A stretch of DNA of 32,000 nucleotides from Sedimentisphaera cyanobacteriorum (GCF_001997385.1 NZ_CP019633.1:2460001-2492000); one strand, 5' to 3'; shown: positions 8,967 through 17,372, counted from the first letter of the stretch. A program made the numbers and translations. Notes: generated by a model from the letters alone, not told the origin.

Positions 8967-9012
8967 ATAACTCCTGCAGCTTATTTAACCTTTATAATAC
9001 ATTAACAAGCAG

Positions 9013-9042
9013 ATTATATTTATAACCCGCTGAAAATTCCAA
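9013..9042 (-). promoter_or_regulatory. Candidate sigma70-type promoter for the LptD-like gene
   Basis: Minus strand TTGGAA (9037-9042), an 18-nt spacer, then TATAAT (9013-9018), about 50 nt upstream of the ATG at 8966. Confidence 0.35.
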
Positions 9043-9186
9043 CAAAAAACAGCTCAGTCAATTTATCGTATGCGGCAATATCTGCCGTCAAAGCAAAACT
9101 GGGCGTTCGTACTGATTGGCTCCAGCACTTGAATAATGCTTTTGAAAGAATTTGTCTAATTATTTCTGTTCAAAGACAGGGGAGAG

Positions 9187-9442
9187 GCACGAAAAACCAC
9201 GAAGTGCAAGAAAGGCACGGAGATTTTTGTAGATTTATTTATAGCAAGGGCTTACATTCATAAAAATTATCTGTGCCATCCATGTGCAATCTGTGGATAA
9301 AAAACTTCAATGCGGAATAAGTCCGTTTCATCGTTTACCTGCCAAACTTCTTTGATTAAATCAAAACCATATCCCCTTCGTGTGTTTCGCGCTCTTAGTG
9401 GTAAAAAAACATAAAATCTGTGGATAATAAATTTCGCTGCGG
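9187..9442. repeat. Cluster of short degenerate repeats in a 480-bp non-coding gap
   Basis: A 28-nt direct repeat occurs at 9288-9315 (AATCTGTGGATAAAAAACTTCAATGCGG) and 9415-9442 (AATCTGTGGATAATAAATTTCGCTGCGG), with 24/28 identical. CACGAA-type motifs at 9187-9204 (GCACGAAAAACCACGAAG) recur inverted at 9376-9392 (CTTCGTGTGTTTCGCGC). A perfect 15-bp palindrome TTTGATTAAATCAAA lies at 9351-9365. Confidence 0.6.
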
Positions 9443-9447
9443 CTTAA

Positions 9448-10269
9448 TCAGGCGTTGTTTAGGCGTCCGTTCATAGCTATTTGCCGGAATGGTCCTGAGG
9501 CATCGTAGTACTGCTGCGATGTGTCGATTTTGTTGATCATCATCCCGGGCTTGTCGAATTGGAGCTGGGCTTCAATTTTGCCGTCCGGTCGAATAAAAGC
9601 GGACGGATACGGGCTTATCGGGGCGGATGAATTTGTCATACTCACCCAGAAGTAGTTCGTGGCCGCTCTGCACTGCATTGTCTGACGCATTATATCGGTG
9701 TGTACGGAGGCCTTCCGCTGCCGGGCATTGTAAAACGACTGGAATATACACTCCACGCCCATCGATTTTAGCTTTCGATACACCTCCGGGAATCTGAGAT
9801 CGTAGCATACAAGCGAGGAGCATACCACTCCGTTAATCTCATACTTCACGTATTCTGTGCCGGGCTGGTAAAATTGAATGCCCTTTGGCGTGCAGAAACA
9901 CTTATCATAAACGCTCAGTGTACAGCCGGCCTTATCAATCACGACAAGGCTGTTGAAGGGTTTCTCGCCGGTTTCATTCTGCCTGCTTGTTCCATAGATA
10001 ACGTAAATTTCGTTTTCCTCTGCGGCCTTTGAAACCTTCTCAGCAGCCTCGCTGAGCAGAGCCCAGTCGAAATTTTTCCACGTTTTGAAATCTACGGAAG
10101 CATACCCGCTCAGGCAGCATTCGGGAAAATGCACAACATCACAGCTTTTCTCACCTGCCTTCCTGATAAACGAAACCATCCATTCCAAATTTGCGGAAAT
10201 ATCCGCAGATACAGGGAACTGACATGTTGCAGCTGTTATCACTCTTGCCATACAGCACCGCTCCGGCAT
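9448..10269 (-). CDS. Carbon-nitrogen hydrolase (nitrilase superfamily) protein
   Basis: The Glu-Lys-Cys triad context is present: VHFPECCLSGY (E), VYDKCFC (K), LVCYDLRFPEVY (C). The alternative start at 10251 (MARVITAAT) has a better-spaced GGAG. It lies 10 nt downstream of the glmS stop on the same strand. Confidence 0.8.
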   Translation of the reverse strand: MPERCCMARVITAATCQFPVSADISANLEWMVSFIRKAGEKSCDVVHFPECCLSGYASVDFKTWKNFDWALLSEAAEKVSKAAEENEIYVIYGTSRQNETGEKPFNSLVVIDKAGCTLSVYDKCFCTPKGIQFYQPGTEYVKYEINGVVCSSLVCYDLRFPEVYRKLKSMGVECIFQSFYNARQRKASVHTDIMRQTMQCRAATNYFWVSMTNSSAPISPYPSAFIRPDGKIEAQLQFDKPGMMINKIDTSQQYYDASGPFRQIAMNGRLNNA

Positions 10270-10278
10270 CCTGCCGGC

Positions 10279-12126
10279 TTACTCCACAGTAACGCTCTTT
10301 GCGAGGTTGCGGGGCTTGTCCACATCCAGCCCGCGCAGAACTGCGCAGTGGTAGGCGAGAAGCTGAAGCGGAATCGCCGCAACGAGAGGCTCAAGGGCAT
10401 CATCCACGTTCGGAATCCGGATCAGATAATCTGCGTATCTCTCTATCTCCTCATCGCCTTCGTTTGCAATAATGATGGTTTTCCCGCCCCTTGCACGCAC
10501 TTCCTCAATATTGCTGATTATCTTGTCGTAGTTTGAGCAGCGCGTGGCGATGAATACAGCCGGCATACCGTCGTTTATAAGGGCGATAGGCCCGTGCTTC
10601 ATCTCCGCTGCGGGGAGTCCTTCAGCGTGGATATAGCTTATCTCCTTGAGCTTCAGGGCGCCTTCGAGGGCTGTTGGATAGTTGTAGCCTCTGCCGAGGA
10701 AGAGCCAGTTTTCACGGTCGCCGCATTCCTTGGAGATATCCTTTATCATATCCGAATATTTGAGCACATCGTTTATGATGTTCGGTATTCTGTCGAGGTC
10801 TTTAATGAGCTGTTCGGTTCTTGAATTGTCCAGATGGCGTCTTCTGCCCAGCTCGATTGCCATCATAGTAAGCACGGCCACCTGCGCTGTGAAGGCCTTC
10901 GTGCTTGCAACGCCGATCTCCGGCCCAACCCTGAGGTAAACGCCTGCATCAGTTGTACGGGCGATCGTAGAGCCCACCACATTAACAACGCCGAGTACAG
11001 TAGCGCCTCGCTCCTTGCACATCTCAATAGCTGCGAGCGTATCGGCTGTCTCGCCGGACTGGCTTACCGCTATCACCACCGTTCCCTCCTCGATAATCGG
11101 ATTTCTGTATCTCAGCTCGCTTGCATACTCCACTTCCACGGGGGTTCTCGCAAGCCTTTCAATGAGATACTCGCCCACTAAACACGCATGCCATGCTGTT
11201 CCACAGCCTGTAAGGATGAAGCGTTTGGCTGTTGTGAGATGGCGGGACAGGTTCTGAATTCCGCCTAAGATTATTTTATAGTTGTTCAAGTCCAGTCGGC
11301 CTTTCAGGCAGGTGGAAAGGGCGTCAGGCTGTTCGAATATTTCCTTGAGCATATAATGCTCGTAGCCGCCGAGTTCGATCTCTTCTATGGAGAAATCAAT
11401 CTCCTTGAGCTCTCTTTCGATACGCTTGTTGTGTATGGTTTTGATGGTAACGTCGTCTTTTTCAACGATCGCCATCTCATCATCTTCAAGGTATATCACC
11501 TGCTTTGTATGCTCGACAATCGCAGAGGCATCCGAGGCTATAAGGTTCTCCCCGCTGCCCACCCCGATAAGCAGAGGCGAGCCCTTCTTCGCTGCAACAA
11601 TTACATCTGGATAATCACTGCACATAACAGCAAGGCCGTATGTCCCGTAAACCTGATTGAGCGCCTTCTGCACAGACCACTCGAAGCAGTCCTGTTCGCA
11701 GTCGTGTTCCTGTTCGTAAAAGTAGCCGATAAGATTGGCTATCACCTCGGTATCGGTATCGCTCTTAAATTCACAGCCCTTCTCGATGAGAAATTTCTTC
11801 AAAGCGCCGTAATTTTCAATGATCCCGTTATGCACAACTGAAATTTTGCCCGAATAATCCATATGGGGGTGCGAGTTTACAGTGTTCGGCTCGCCGTGAG
11901 TAGCCCATCTTGTGTGGCCAATGCCCACAGTTTCGAGGGGATTATCCTGAGGCAGAGAATCGCTGAGCCCTGCAATTCGGCCTTTCTGCTTGGTTATTTT
12001 GATTTTCGTTCCGCCGTGCAGGCCGATTCCTGCTGAATCATAACCGCGGTATTCAAGCCTTTTAAGCCCGTCTATAAGAATCTGCTGGGCAGGCTTGCCG
12101 CCAATATATCCTACTATTCCGCACAT
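10279..12126 (-). CDS. glmS: Glutamine--fructose-6-phosphate aminotransferase (isomerizing)
   Basis: Ntn-amidotransferase start MCGIVGYIG (ATG at 12124-12126). The 9 extra ORF-track codons upstream are rejected because Cys must be residue 2. It has two SIS domains and the canonical C-terminus ...NLAKSVTVE. Confidence 0.95.
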   Translation of the reverse strand: MCGIVGYIGGKPAQQILIDGLKRLEYRGYDSAGIGLHGGTKIKITKQKGRIAGLSDSLPQDNPLETVGIGHTRWATHGEPNTVNSHPHMDYSGKISVVHNGIIENYGALKKFLIEKGCEFKSDTDTEVIANLIGYFYEQEHDCEQDCFEWSVQKALNQVYGTYGLAVMCSDYPDVIVAAKKGSPLLIGVGSGENLIASDASAIVEHTKQVIYLEDDEMAIVEKDDVTIKTIHNKRIERELKEIDFSIEEIELGGYEHYMLKEIFEQPDALSTCLKGRLDLNNYKIILGGIQNLSRHLTTAKRFILTGCGTAWHACLVGEYLIERLARTPVEVEYASELRYRNPIIEEGTVVIAVSQSGETADTLAAIEMCKERGATVLGVVNVVGSTIARTTDAGVYLRVGPEIGVASTKAFTAQVAVLTMMAIELGRRRHLDNSRTEQLIKDLDRIPNIINDVLKYSDMIKDISKECGDRENWLFLGRGYNYPTALEGALKLKEISYIHAEGLPAAEMKHGPIALINDGMPAVFIATRCSNYDKIISNIEEVRARGGKTIIIANEGDEEIERYADYLIRIPNVDDALEPLVAAIPLQLLAYHCAVLRGLDVDKPRNLAKSVTVE

Positions 12127-12173
12127 ATCTGTTTCCCGAAATAAAATGAACAAGTATTCATAACGCAGTAAGC

Positions 12174-12200
12174 ATTATAATCATTAATGCGAAATTTCAA
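12174..12200 (-). promoter_or_regulatory. Candidate glmS promoter
   Basis: Minus strand TTGAAA (12195-12200), a 15-nt spacer, then a perfect TATAAT (12174-12179), about 50 nt upstream of the glmS ATG. The short spacer lowers confidence. Confidence 0.35.
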
Positions 12201-12226
12201 TCCCTTAAAGTGATTCTCTAATCAAT

Positions 12227-12547
12227 TCAGAAGTGTATAGCGAGCCATATCGTCTTCTCCTCGTGCGATGTATCCGCTACTCTGTGCCTTGAGCCTGCGG
12301 GAATAAAACAATAATCTCCCCGCTTAAGCCTTACCTGCCCTGCGTGCTGGAATTCAAGGACTCCCTCTCCCTTGAGCACAAAAACCCATTCGTTTTTCTC
12401 GCTGCAGAGCCATTTTCCTTCGGCTGTTTTATGCCCCTGGGAGATAATTCGCTCTATAGTAACGCCGGCTTTGGAGCACAGCTGGTCAAACTGCTCACCT
12501 TCCGGAAAGTCCTCCGGGAGGTTTTCAAATATATTCTCCGGCTGCAA
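12227..12547 (-). CDS. Small cupin-domain protein
   Basis: 106 aa with a single cupin barrel pattern (EWVFVLKGEGVLEF...GDYCFIPAGSRHRV). It starts with TTG at 12545-12547, only 2 nt after the ACT gene stop, which implies translational coupling. Confidence 0.65.
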   Translation of the reverse strand: MQPENIFENLPEDFPEGEQFDQLCSKAGVTIERIISQGHKTAEGKWLCSEKNEWVFVLKGEGVLEFQHAGQVRLKRGDYCFIPAGSRHRVADTSHEEKTIWLAIHF

Positions 12548-12549
12548 GA

Positions 12550-12843
12550 TTAAACCCTGTGCATTTGTGTGAAAATTTTCTCATCCTGACAGTTGATTCG
12601 AAGGTCGAGCTGCTGACCGACCTCTGCAAGACGCTGCTTTAATTCGCTCATAGCAGCCTTGCTGGAGGCCATATCGCAGGCCATTGTCATTACGAACAGT
12701 TCCTCGCTCATAATCTTCTGGTTTACGTCTATAATGTTCACGCCCAGCTCGGCAAGCTCCCTGCTTATGCGGGCGATAATCCCCACCTGATCCCTGCCGG
12801 TTACTGTGATTATGCAGATCCGTGAATGGTTTTCGTTTTTCAT
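12550..12843 (-). CDS. ACT-domain protein (UPF0237-like small-ligand-binding regulator)
   Basis: 97 aa. ICIITVTGRDQVGIIARISRELAELGVNIIDVNQ is a classic ACT beta-alpha-beta start. GAGGA SD lies 7 nt before the ATG. Confidence 0.8.
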   Translation of the reverse strand: MKNENHSRICIITVTGRDQVGIIARISRELAELGVNIIDVNQKIMSEELFVMTMACDMASSKAAMSELKQRLAEVGQQLDLRINCQDEKIFTQMHRV

Positions 12844-13010
12844 ATCAATCCTCAGCTCAATTAGCTTTTCTTACCTGCCGCCGGGGCAAACCGCCCGGCT
12901 TTTATTCGTTGCAACTGAAATTATATCCGTTAATCTTTGCGGAAAAAGAACTTTCTCCGGCTGTTCGCTGAGAGATTTCAATATAGCTTATGGAATATCT
13001 CAAGAGTGAA

Positions 13011-13038
13011 TTGAAAAAGCAGCGGGCAGATATATAAT
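13011..13038 (+). promoter_or_regulatory. Candidate sigma70-type promoter for ruvX
   Basis: TTGAAA (13011-13016), a 16-nt spacer, then a perfect TATAAT (13033-13038), immediately upstream of the GGAAGGA SD. Confidence 0.5.
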
Positions 13039-13058
13039 CATCGCTGGAAGGAATGATT

Positions 13059-13478
13059 ATGATTATTTTAGCAGTAGATTACGGGCTCAAGCGAACGGGG
13101 CTGGCAGTTTGCGACAGGGATGAGATTATCTGCTCGCCTCTGGAAGTTGTGGAGCTCAAGGGCGAAGGGCTTGCTGAAAGAATAGCCCAAACAGCAGAAG
13201 AATACAATGCGGAAGCTCTTGTTTTCGGTCTTCCATACAATATGGACGGCTCGGAAGGACATCAGGCGAGAAAGGTGCGAAGCTTCGCAGAGAAGGCGGC
13301 AAGGCTGGCCGAACTGGAGGTTTACTTTCAGGATGAACGGCTCTCAAGCGAATTTGCCTCCGATATGCTCCGCCCTGCAGAGCTCACTCGAAAAAAGAAA
13401 AAGCAGAGGCTGGATGCGGTTGCTGCAGCGGCAATCCTCAAAGCCTTTATCGAAAAGAGAAAACTTGAAAAACAATGA
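13059..13478 (+). CDS. ruvX: Putative pre-16S rRNA nuclease / Holliday junction resolvase-like protein YqgF
   Basis: The N-terminus MIILAVDYGLKRTGLAVCD matches the YqgF/RuvX signature (acidic D in LxxDxG, then GxA). ATG 13059 is preferred over the ORF-track start at 13053, because the GGAAGGA SD (13046-13052) abuts 13053 but lies about 6 nt from 13059. Confidence 0.85.
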   Translation: MIILAVDYGLKRTGLAVCDRDEIICSPLEVVELKGEGLAERIAQTAEEYNAEALVFGLPYNMDGSEGHQARKVRSFAEKAARLAELEVYFQDERLSSEFASDMLRPAELTRKKKKQRLDAVAAAAILKAFIEKRKLEKQ

Positions 13479-13518
13479 AAAAAGCCGCAGAGAAAAGCTC
13501 CCTGCGGCCTTGTTTTTT
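13478..13518. terminator. Bidirectional intrinsic terminator between convergent ruvX and acyl-CoA dehydrogenase
   Basis: Stem GCCGCAG (13484-13490) pairs with CTGCGGC (13502-13508). It is flanked by an A-run upstream (13477-13483) and CTTGTTTTTT downstream (13509-13518), so both strands read hairpin followed by a U-tract. Confidence 0.7.
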
Positions 13519-13535
13519 AAGCATTCAGCATAAAA

Positions 13536-15326
13536 TCATACGAGCTCAGGCACAGGGCCTGCAATTTCTTCGTAATCTTCGAAGGTGGACTTATCACCCT
13601 GAAGGATCTGCTCAGCAAGAGCCTTGATCACTGCTGCATTCCTGTTTATATATCTTTTTGCAATAACTGCCTTGCGTTTTTTCATACTTACAGTTTCGCC
13701 CTCTTTGGCGGTAGGAATCTCCATATCGGCCGCACCGCTCGCCTGACGGCAGAACAGATACCCGCAGATAATCTTAATCGCTATATCCACGATCCTGCGT
13801 CCGTAAAGGTCCATATATTCCATGCTCTGCTGCTTTATATGCTTTATACATTCATCCATCGTTTCCCTGTTCTGCTTGAGGATATCAAGCATTTCTTGAA
13901 GCTCGGGGTCGAACTGGAAGTCTGCAAGCTCTTCGATATATTTCTGGGCAGTTCCGTTGCAAACGCCGCGAACGCAGGCCACAATCTGAAGCTGCGTAGT
14001 ACCTTCGTATATCGTTGTGATTCTCGCATCGCGGTAGTACTGCTCGGTGGGATAGTCCCGCATAAAGCCCGAGCCCGCAAGAACCTGAATCGAATCGTAT
14101 GCCACCTTGTTTGACATCTCTGTTGAGAGATACTTGCTCATAGGCGTAAGCATAGCAGCGTAGCGTTTTATCATACGCAGCTGCTTTTTGGCATCTTTCT
14201 GCTCTTCTTTGCTGAAATCATCGCTCTCGGTTATTCTGGTGAGCCCGATTTCCATATCCACCACGCGGCAGGTTTCATAGAGCAGAGCCCTGCTCTCTTC
14301 CACGTCTATCTTCATCTCGACAACCATATCCCGAACTGCCGGAAGGTGTTCGATAGGCCCGCCGAACTGCTCTCTGCTCGCTGCATAATCTCTGGCAACG
14401 CGGTAAGCCGCTTCGCCTATCCCAACAGACTGAGCGGAAATCCCGATCCTGGCTCCGTTCATAAGAGCCATTACGTAAGTTACAAGTCCCCGGCGGGTTT
14501 CCCCTATAAGCTTGCACGGGGTGTTGTCGAAGTATATCTCGCAGGTTGGCGAGGCATGGATGCCCATCTTATCCTCTATCCTGCGGATTTTAACGGTAGG
14601 CCCGCTGTGGCAGACGAAGAGGCTCAGGCCAAGGCCGTCTTTGCGGTCGTGCTCGCTCCTTGCCATTACAAGAAGAACCTCGCCGCAGCCGTTGGTAATA
14701 AACCGCTTCACACCGTGAAGATACCACTGCCCGCTGGAATCCTGAAACGCCTTCACCTTGCAAACCTGCAAGTCTGAGCCGGCATCAGGCTCTGTCAGAA
14801 CCATTGCTCCGGTTTTTCTGCCTGCTGCAAGGTCGTGCAGGTATTCCTGCTTAATCTCTTCAGAGGCGAATGAGTTTATAGTTTCGGCAATGCCCTGGAG
14901 CCCGAAAATATTCATCAGCGAGGCATCAGCTCGAGATATCATCTCGTTTGCAACCGAGAGAATCGTAGTTGGGAAATTCAGCCCGCCGAAACGGTAAGGC
15001 AGGGTCATCCCCATCACATCCGCCTTGGCGAGTTTATCGAGTATTTCATCCATCGCTTCAGGCCTCTCCACCCTTCCGTCTTCAGTGAGAGTGTTGCCCT
15101 GTCTGTCCATCTCTTCGCTTCTTGGAGCAATAAAATCTGAACAGAGCTGCCCGAGAGATTCCATTACCATATTGTAGTTCTGGATTGCCTCCTCGGCGCT
15201 GGCCGGGGCATAATCGAATTTGTCTGCGAATTTATACCCCTGCTCTGTGAGGCTGGATAAACCTCTCAGATCCATATTGTTTAATACAAAGCGAAGGTCG
15301 TCGTTATCTGTAAAAAAGTTGCCCAT
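13536..15326 (-). CDS. Long-form acyl-CoA dehydrogenase (596 aa, with extra C-terminal helical domain)
   Basis: ACAD motifs are GAMVLTEPDAGSD and the catalytic-base context TTIYEGTTQLQIV. About 200 aa extend beyond a canonical ~380-aa Bcd/MCAD. SD AAGGAAAAG. It lies immediately downstream of etfBA on the same strand. Confidence 0.85.
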   Translation of the reverse strand: MGNFFTDNDDLRFVLNNMDLRGLSSLTEQGYKFADKFDYAPASAEEAIQNYNMVMESLGQLCSDFIAPRSEEMDRQGNTLTEDGRVERPEAMDEILDKLAKADVMGMTLPYRFGGLNFPTTILSVANEMISRADASLMNIFGLQGIAETINSFASEEIKQEYLHDLAAGRKTGAMVLTEPDAGSDLQVCKVKAFQDSSGQWYLHGVKRFITNGCGEVLLVMARSEHDRKDGLGLSLFVCHSGPTVKIRRIEDKMGIHASPTCEIYFDNTPCKLIGETRRGLVTYVMALMNGARIGISAQSVGIGEAAYRVARDYAASREQFGGPIEHLPAVRDMVVEMKIDVEESRALLYETCRVVDMEIGLTRITESDDFSKEEQKDAKKQLRMIKRYAAMLTPMSKYLSTEMSNKVAYDSIQVLAGSGFMRDYPTEQYYRDARITTIYEGTTQLQIVACVRGVCNGTAQKYIEELADFQFDPELQEMLDILKQNRETMDECIKHIKQQSMEYMDLYGRRIVDIAIKIICGYLFCRQASGAADMEIPTAKEGETVSMKKRKAVIAKRYINRNAAVIKALAEQILQGDKSTFEDYEEIAGPVPELV

Positions 15327-15356
15327 AATCTTTTCCTTATCTTTCTGTTCCGGCCT

Positions 15357-16385
15357 TTAAACCTTCTCTTTAACCGCCTTAATCATCTGCGGCACAACTT
15401 CGTTGAGATCCCCGCAGACCTTATAATGTGCCACGTCAAATATCGGTGCGTCTGGGTCGTTGTTCACAGCGATAATCTTCTTCGATTCGCTCATACCCGC
15501 CTGATGCTGTATAGCGCCGCTCAGGCCGATAGCTATATAGAGGCTCGGGCGAACGGTAGTTCCAGTCTGGCCTACCTGATAGTCCTTCCCGATATATCCG
15601 AGGTCCGCTGCTGCTCTTGTTGCTGCGGGCACGCCTCCGAGGGCGTTTGCAAGATCCCATATCATACGGAAGTTTTCCTTGCTGCCTACTCCTGCCCCGC
15701 CTGCTACAATAATTCTCGAAGCCTTCAGATTAACCGACTTCTCCCTGCGCACTTCCTCAATAATCTCAATCGGCAAATCTTCAGCTGAAAGGCTCACGCT
15801 TTCGTCAATCACCTCGCCTTTGCGTTTTGAATCCGGCTCGGGCATTGGCATAACGCCTTCACGAACGGTTGCCATCTGAGGCCAGCGGTCGTAGTTGATA
15901 ATTGTTGCGATGATATTTCCGCCGAAAGCCGGACGAATCTGGAGGAGCAGATTTTCGTGCTTTTCGCCGGTCTTCTTTATCTCATGGTTTCCGATCTGCA
16001 GGTCAGTACAGTCTGCTGTGAGTCCTGCTTTCATCTTGCTGGCCACCCTCGGGGCAAGGTCCCTGCCTACAGGGGAAGCTCCGTAAAGGACAATCTGGGG
16101 CTTATGCTTCTCGATCAGTGCGCATAAAACTTTAGTGTATGAATTGGTCTGGTAGTGTTCAAGAAGGTTGTTTTCAACTGTATAAACCTTATCTGCGCCG
16201 TACTGTATGAGCTCCTCGCAGACAGATTTAATGCTGTCGCCTGCTATCACAGCCCCCACTTTCACTCCGAGTTTGTCTGCAAGCTCTCTGGCTCTTCCAA
16301 GCAGTTCGAAGGCTATATCCTCAACCTTCCCAAGATGCTGCTCGGCAAAAACCCAAACCTCGCCTTGTCTGTTTACTTCTATCAT
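15357..16385 (-). CDS. etfA: Electron transfer flavoprotein subunit alpha (large subunit)
   Basis: It has a clostridial-type N-terminus (VWVFAEQHLGKVEDIAFELLG) and the FAD-binding signature PSLYIAIGLSGAIQHQAGM. Confidence 0.9.
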   Translation of the reverse strand: MIEVNRQGEVWVFAEQHLGKVEDIAFELLGRARELADKLGVKVGAVIAGDSIKSVCEELIQYGADKVYTVENNLLEHYQTNSYTKVLCALIEKHKPQIVLYGASPVGRDLAPRVASKMKAGLTADCTDLQIGNHEIKKTGEKHENLLLQIRPAFGGNIIATIINYDRWPQMATVREGVMPMPEPDSKRKGEVIDESVSLSAEDLPIEIIEEVRREKSVNLKASRIIVAGGAGVGSKENFRMIWDLANALGGVPAATRAAADLGYIGKDYQVGQTGTTVRPSLYIAIGLSGAIQHQAGMSESKKIIAVNNDPDAPIFDVAHYKVCGDLNEVVPQMIKAVKEKV

Positions 16386-16448
16386 TTATATTTCCCTTGC
16401 AAATAAGCAGGCTTGAAGAAACAAGGCCTGCGTAAACATCATTTTTAA

Positions 16449-17318
16449 TCAGCCTATTGTATGGTCTTCTATCAGCTCGTGCACCATATCATTGATGCCC
16501 TGAGCTGAAGAATCTACTTCTTTACTCTCTTTGGCAGTGAGCACAACGCTCATAATCCGATGCACTTTGGTGGGAGACCCGTCTCTGCCGCACCACTGCA
16601 AATCGGCCTGAACATCATCCAAATTAAGCTGCCCGATAAGAAGCCCCTTATTCTTCATTTCGCGGATGTCTTCATCGCTGCCGCCTTCTTTGCTTATCTC
16701 GGCAGGTGTCTTGGCATTCTTATACTTCATTATCCTTCTTGCAGCGCCTATTCTCGGCTCATTTGCCTGATCGGTAACGGTAAGAAGAACGGGCAGCTTG
16801 CAGGCTGTTCTCTGCCAGCCGTTGCCCATATTTCGCCTGCATACAATCCTGCTCGGGGTGAGCTCGTGAACCTCTTCTACATAAGTTATCTGCGGCATAT
16901 CAAGCTTTTCGGCCATCTGAGGCCCAACTTGCGCAGTATCTCCGTCTATTGCCTGCCTTCCGCAGAGCACGAGGTCGCAGCCGATTTTTTCAGCAGCTCT
17001 TGTGAGTATGTAGCTGGTAGCGAGGGTATCGCTCGCAGCGCAGCGCCGGTCGGTAACCAGAACCGCATCATCAGCACCCATAAACAGAGCCTCTCGCAGA
17101 ACCTCTGATGCCGAGGGCAGGCCCATCGTTACAGCGGTAACTGATCCGCCGTATTTTTCCTTTATCTCAAGGGCAAGCTCAAGGGCGTTGAGGTCTTCAG
17201 GATTGAAGATAGCCGGAAGCGCCCCGCGGTTGACCGTTCCGTCCTCGTTCATCGCTTCGCCCGTGATACGGCTGGTATCAGGGACTTGCTTAATAAGAAC
17301 TATGCACTTATAAGCCAC
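16449..17318 (-). CDS. etfB: Electron transfer flavoprotein subunit beta (small subunit)
   Basis: GTG start with AGGAGAAAA SD. It has the N-terminal IVLIKQVPD signature, NPEDLNALELALE, and the C-terminal arm CGRDGSPTKVHRI. Confidence 0.9.
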   Translation of the reverse strand: MAYKCIVLIKQVPDTSRITGEAMNEDGTVNRGALPAIFNPEDLNALELALEIKEKYGGSVTAVTMGLPSASEVLREALFMGADDAVLVTDRRCAASDTLATSYILTRAAEKIGCDLVLCGRQAIDGDTAQVGPQMAEKLDMPQITYVEEVHELTPSRIVCRRNMGNGWQRTACKLPVLLTVTDQANEPRIGAARRIMKYKNAKTPAEISKEGGSDEDIREMKNKGLLIGQLNLDDVQADLQWCGRDGSPTKVHRIMSVVLTAKESKEVDSSAQGINDMVHELIEDHTIG

Positions 17319-17372
17319 AAATTTTCTCCTAATATTATTAATTTCTGTTTTAACTCAGTGAAAATCCGTATC

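Noticed and set aside
9288-9442. The two 28-nt direct repeats as a possible mini CRISPR array.
   Set aside because: There are only two copies, they are imperfect (24/28), the ~99-nt spacing is far longer than CRISPR spacers, they are AT-rich with no palindromic core, and no cas genes are present in the window.
12127-12153. The ORF-track N-terminal extension of GlmS (MFILFRETD).
   Set aside because: GlmS requires Cys as the first residue after Met removal. MCGIVGY at 12126 is the canonical start.
12127-12226. A possible glmS ribozyme/riboswitch in the glmS leader.
   Set aside because: Only about 100 nt are available, roughly half of them upstream of the promoter candidate. That is too short for the ~170-nt glmS ribozyme, and no conserved core helices are visible. 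The ribozyme is also chiefly a Firmicutes / Deinococcus-Thermus feature.
12545-12552. A possible read-through or fusion of the ACT and cupin ORFs.
   Set aside because: The 2-nt gap puts the ORFs in different frames, so a simple stop-codon read-through cannot fuse them. Ordinary translational coupling with a TTG start explains the layout.
12880-12907. A GC hairpin GCCGGG-(8 nt)-CCCGGC followed by TTTTATT on the plus strand, between the divergent ACT and ruvX genes, as a possible terminator or riboswitch expression platform.
   Set aside because: No plus-strand gene lies upstream for it to terminate. On the minus strand it is just a 6-bp hairpin in the ACT leader with no conserved aptamer-like structure around it. 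The evidence is too thin for a feature.
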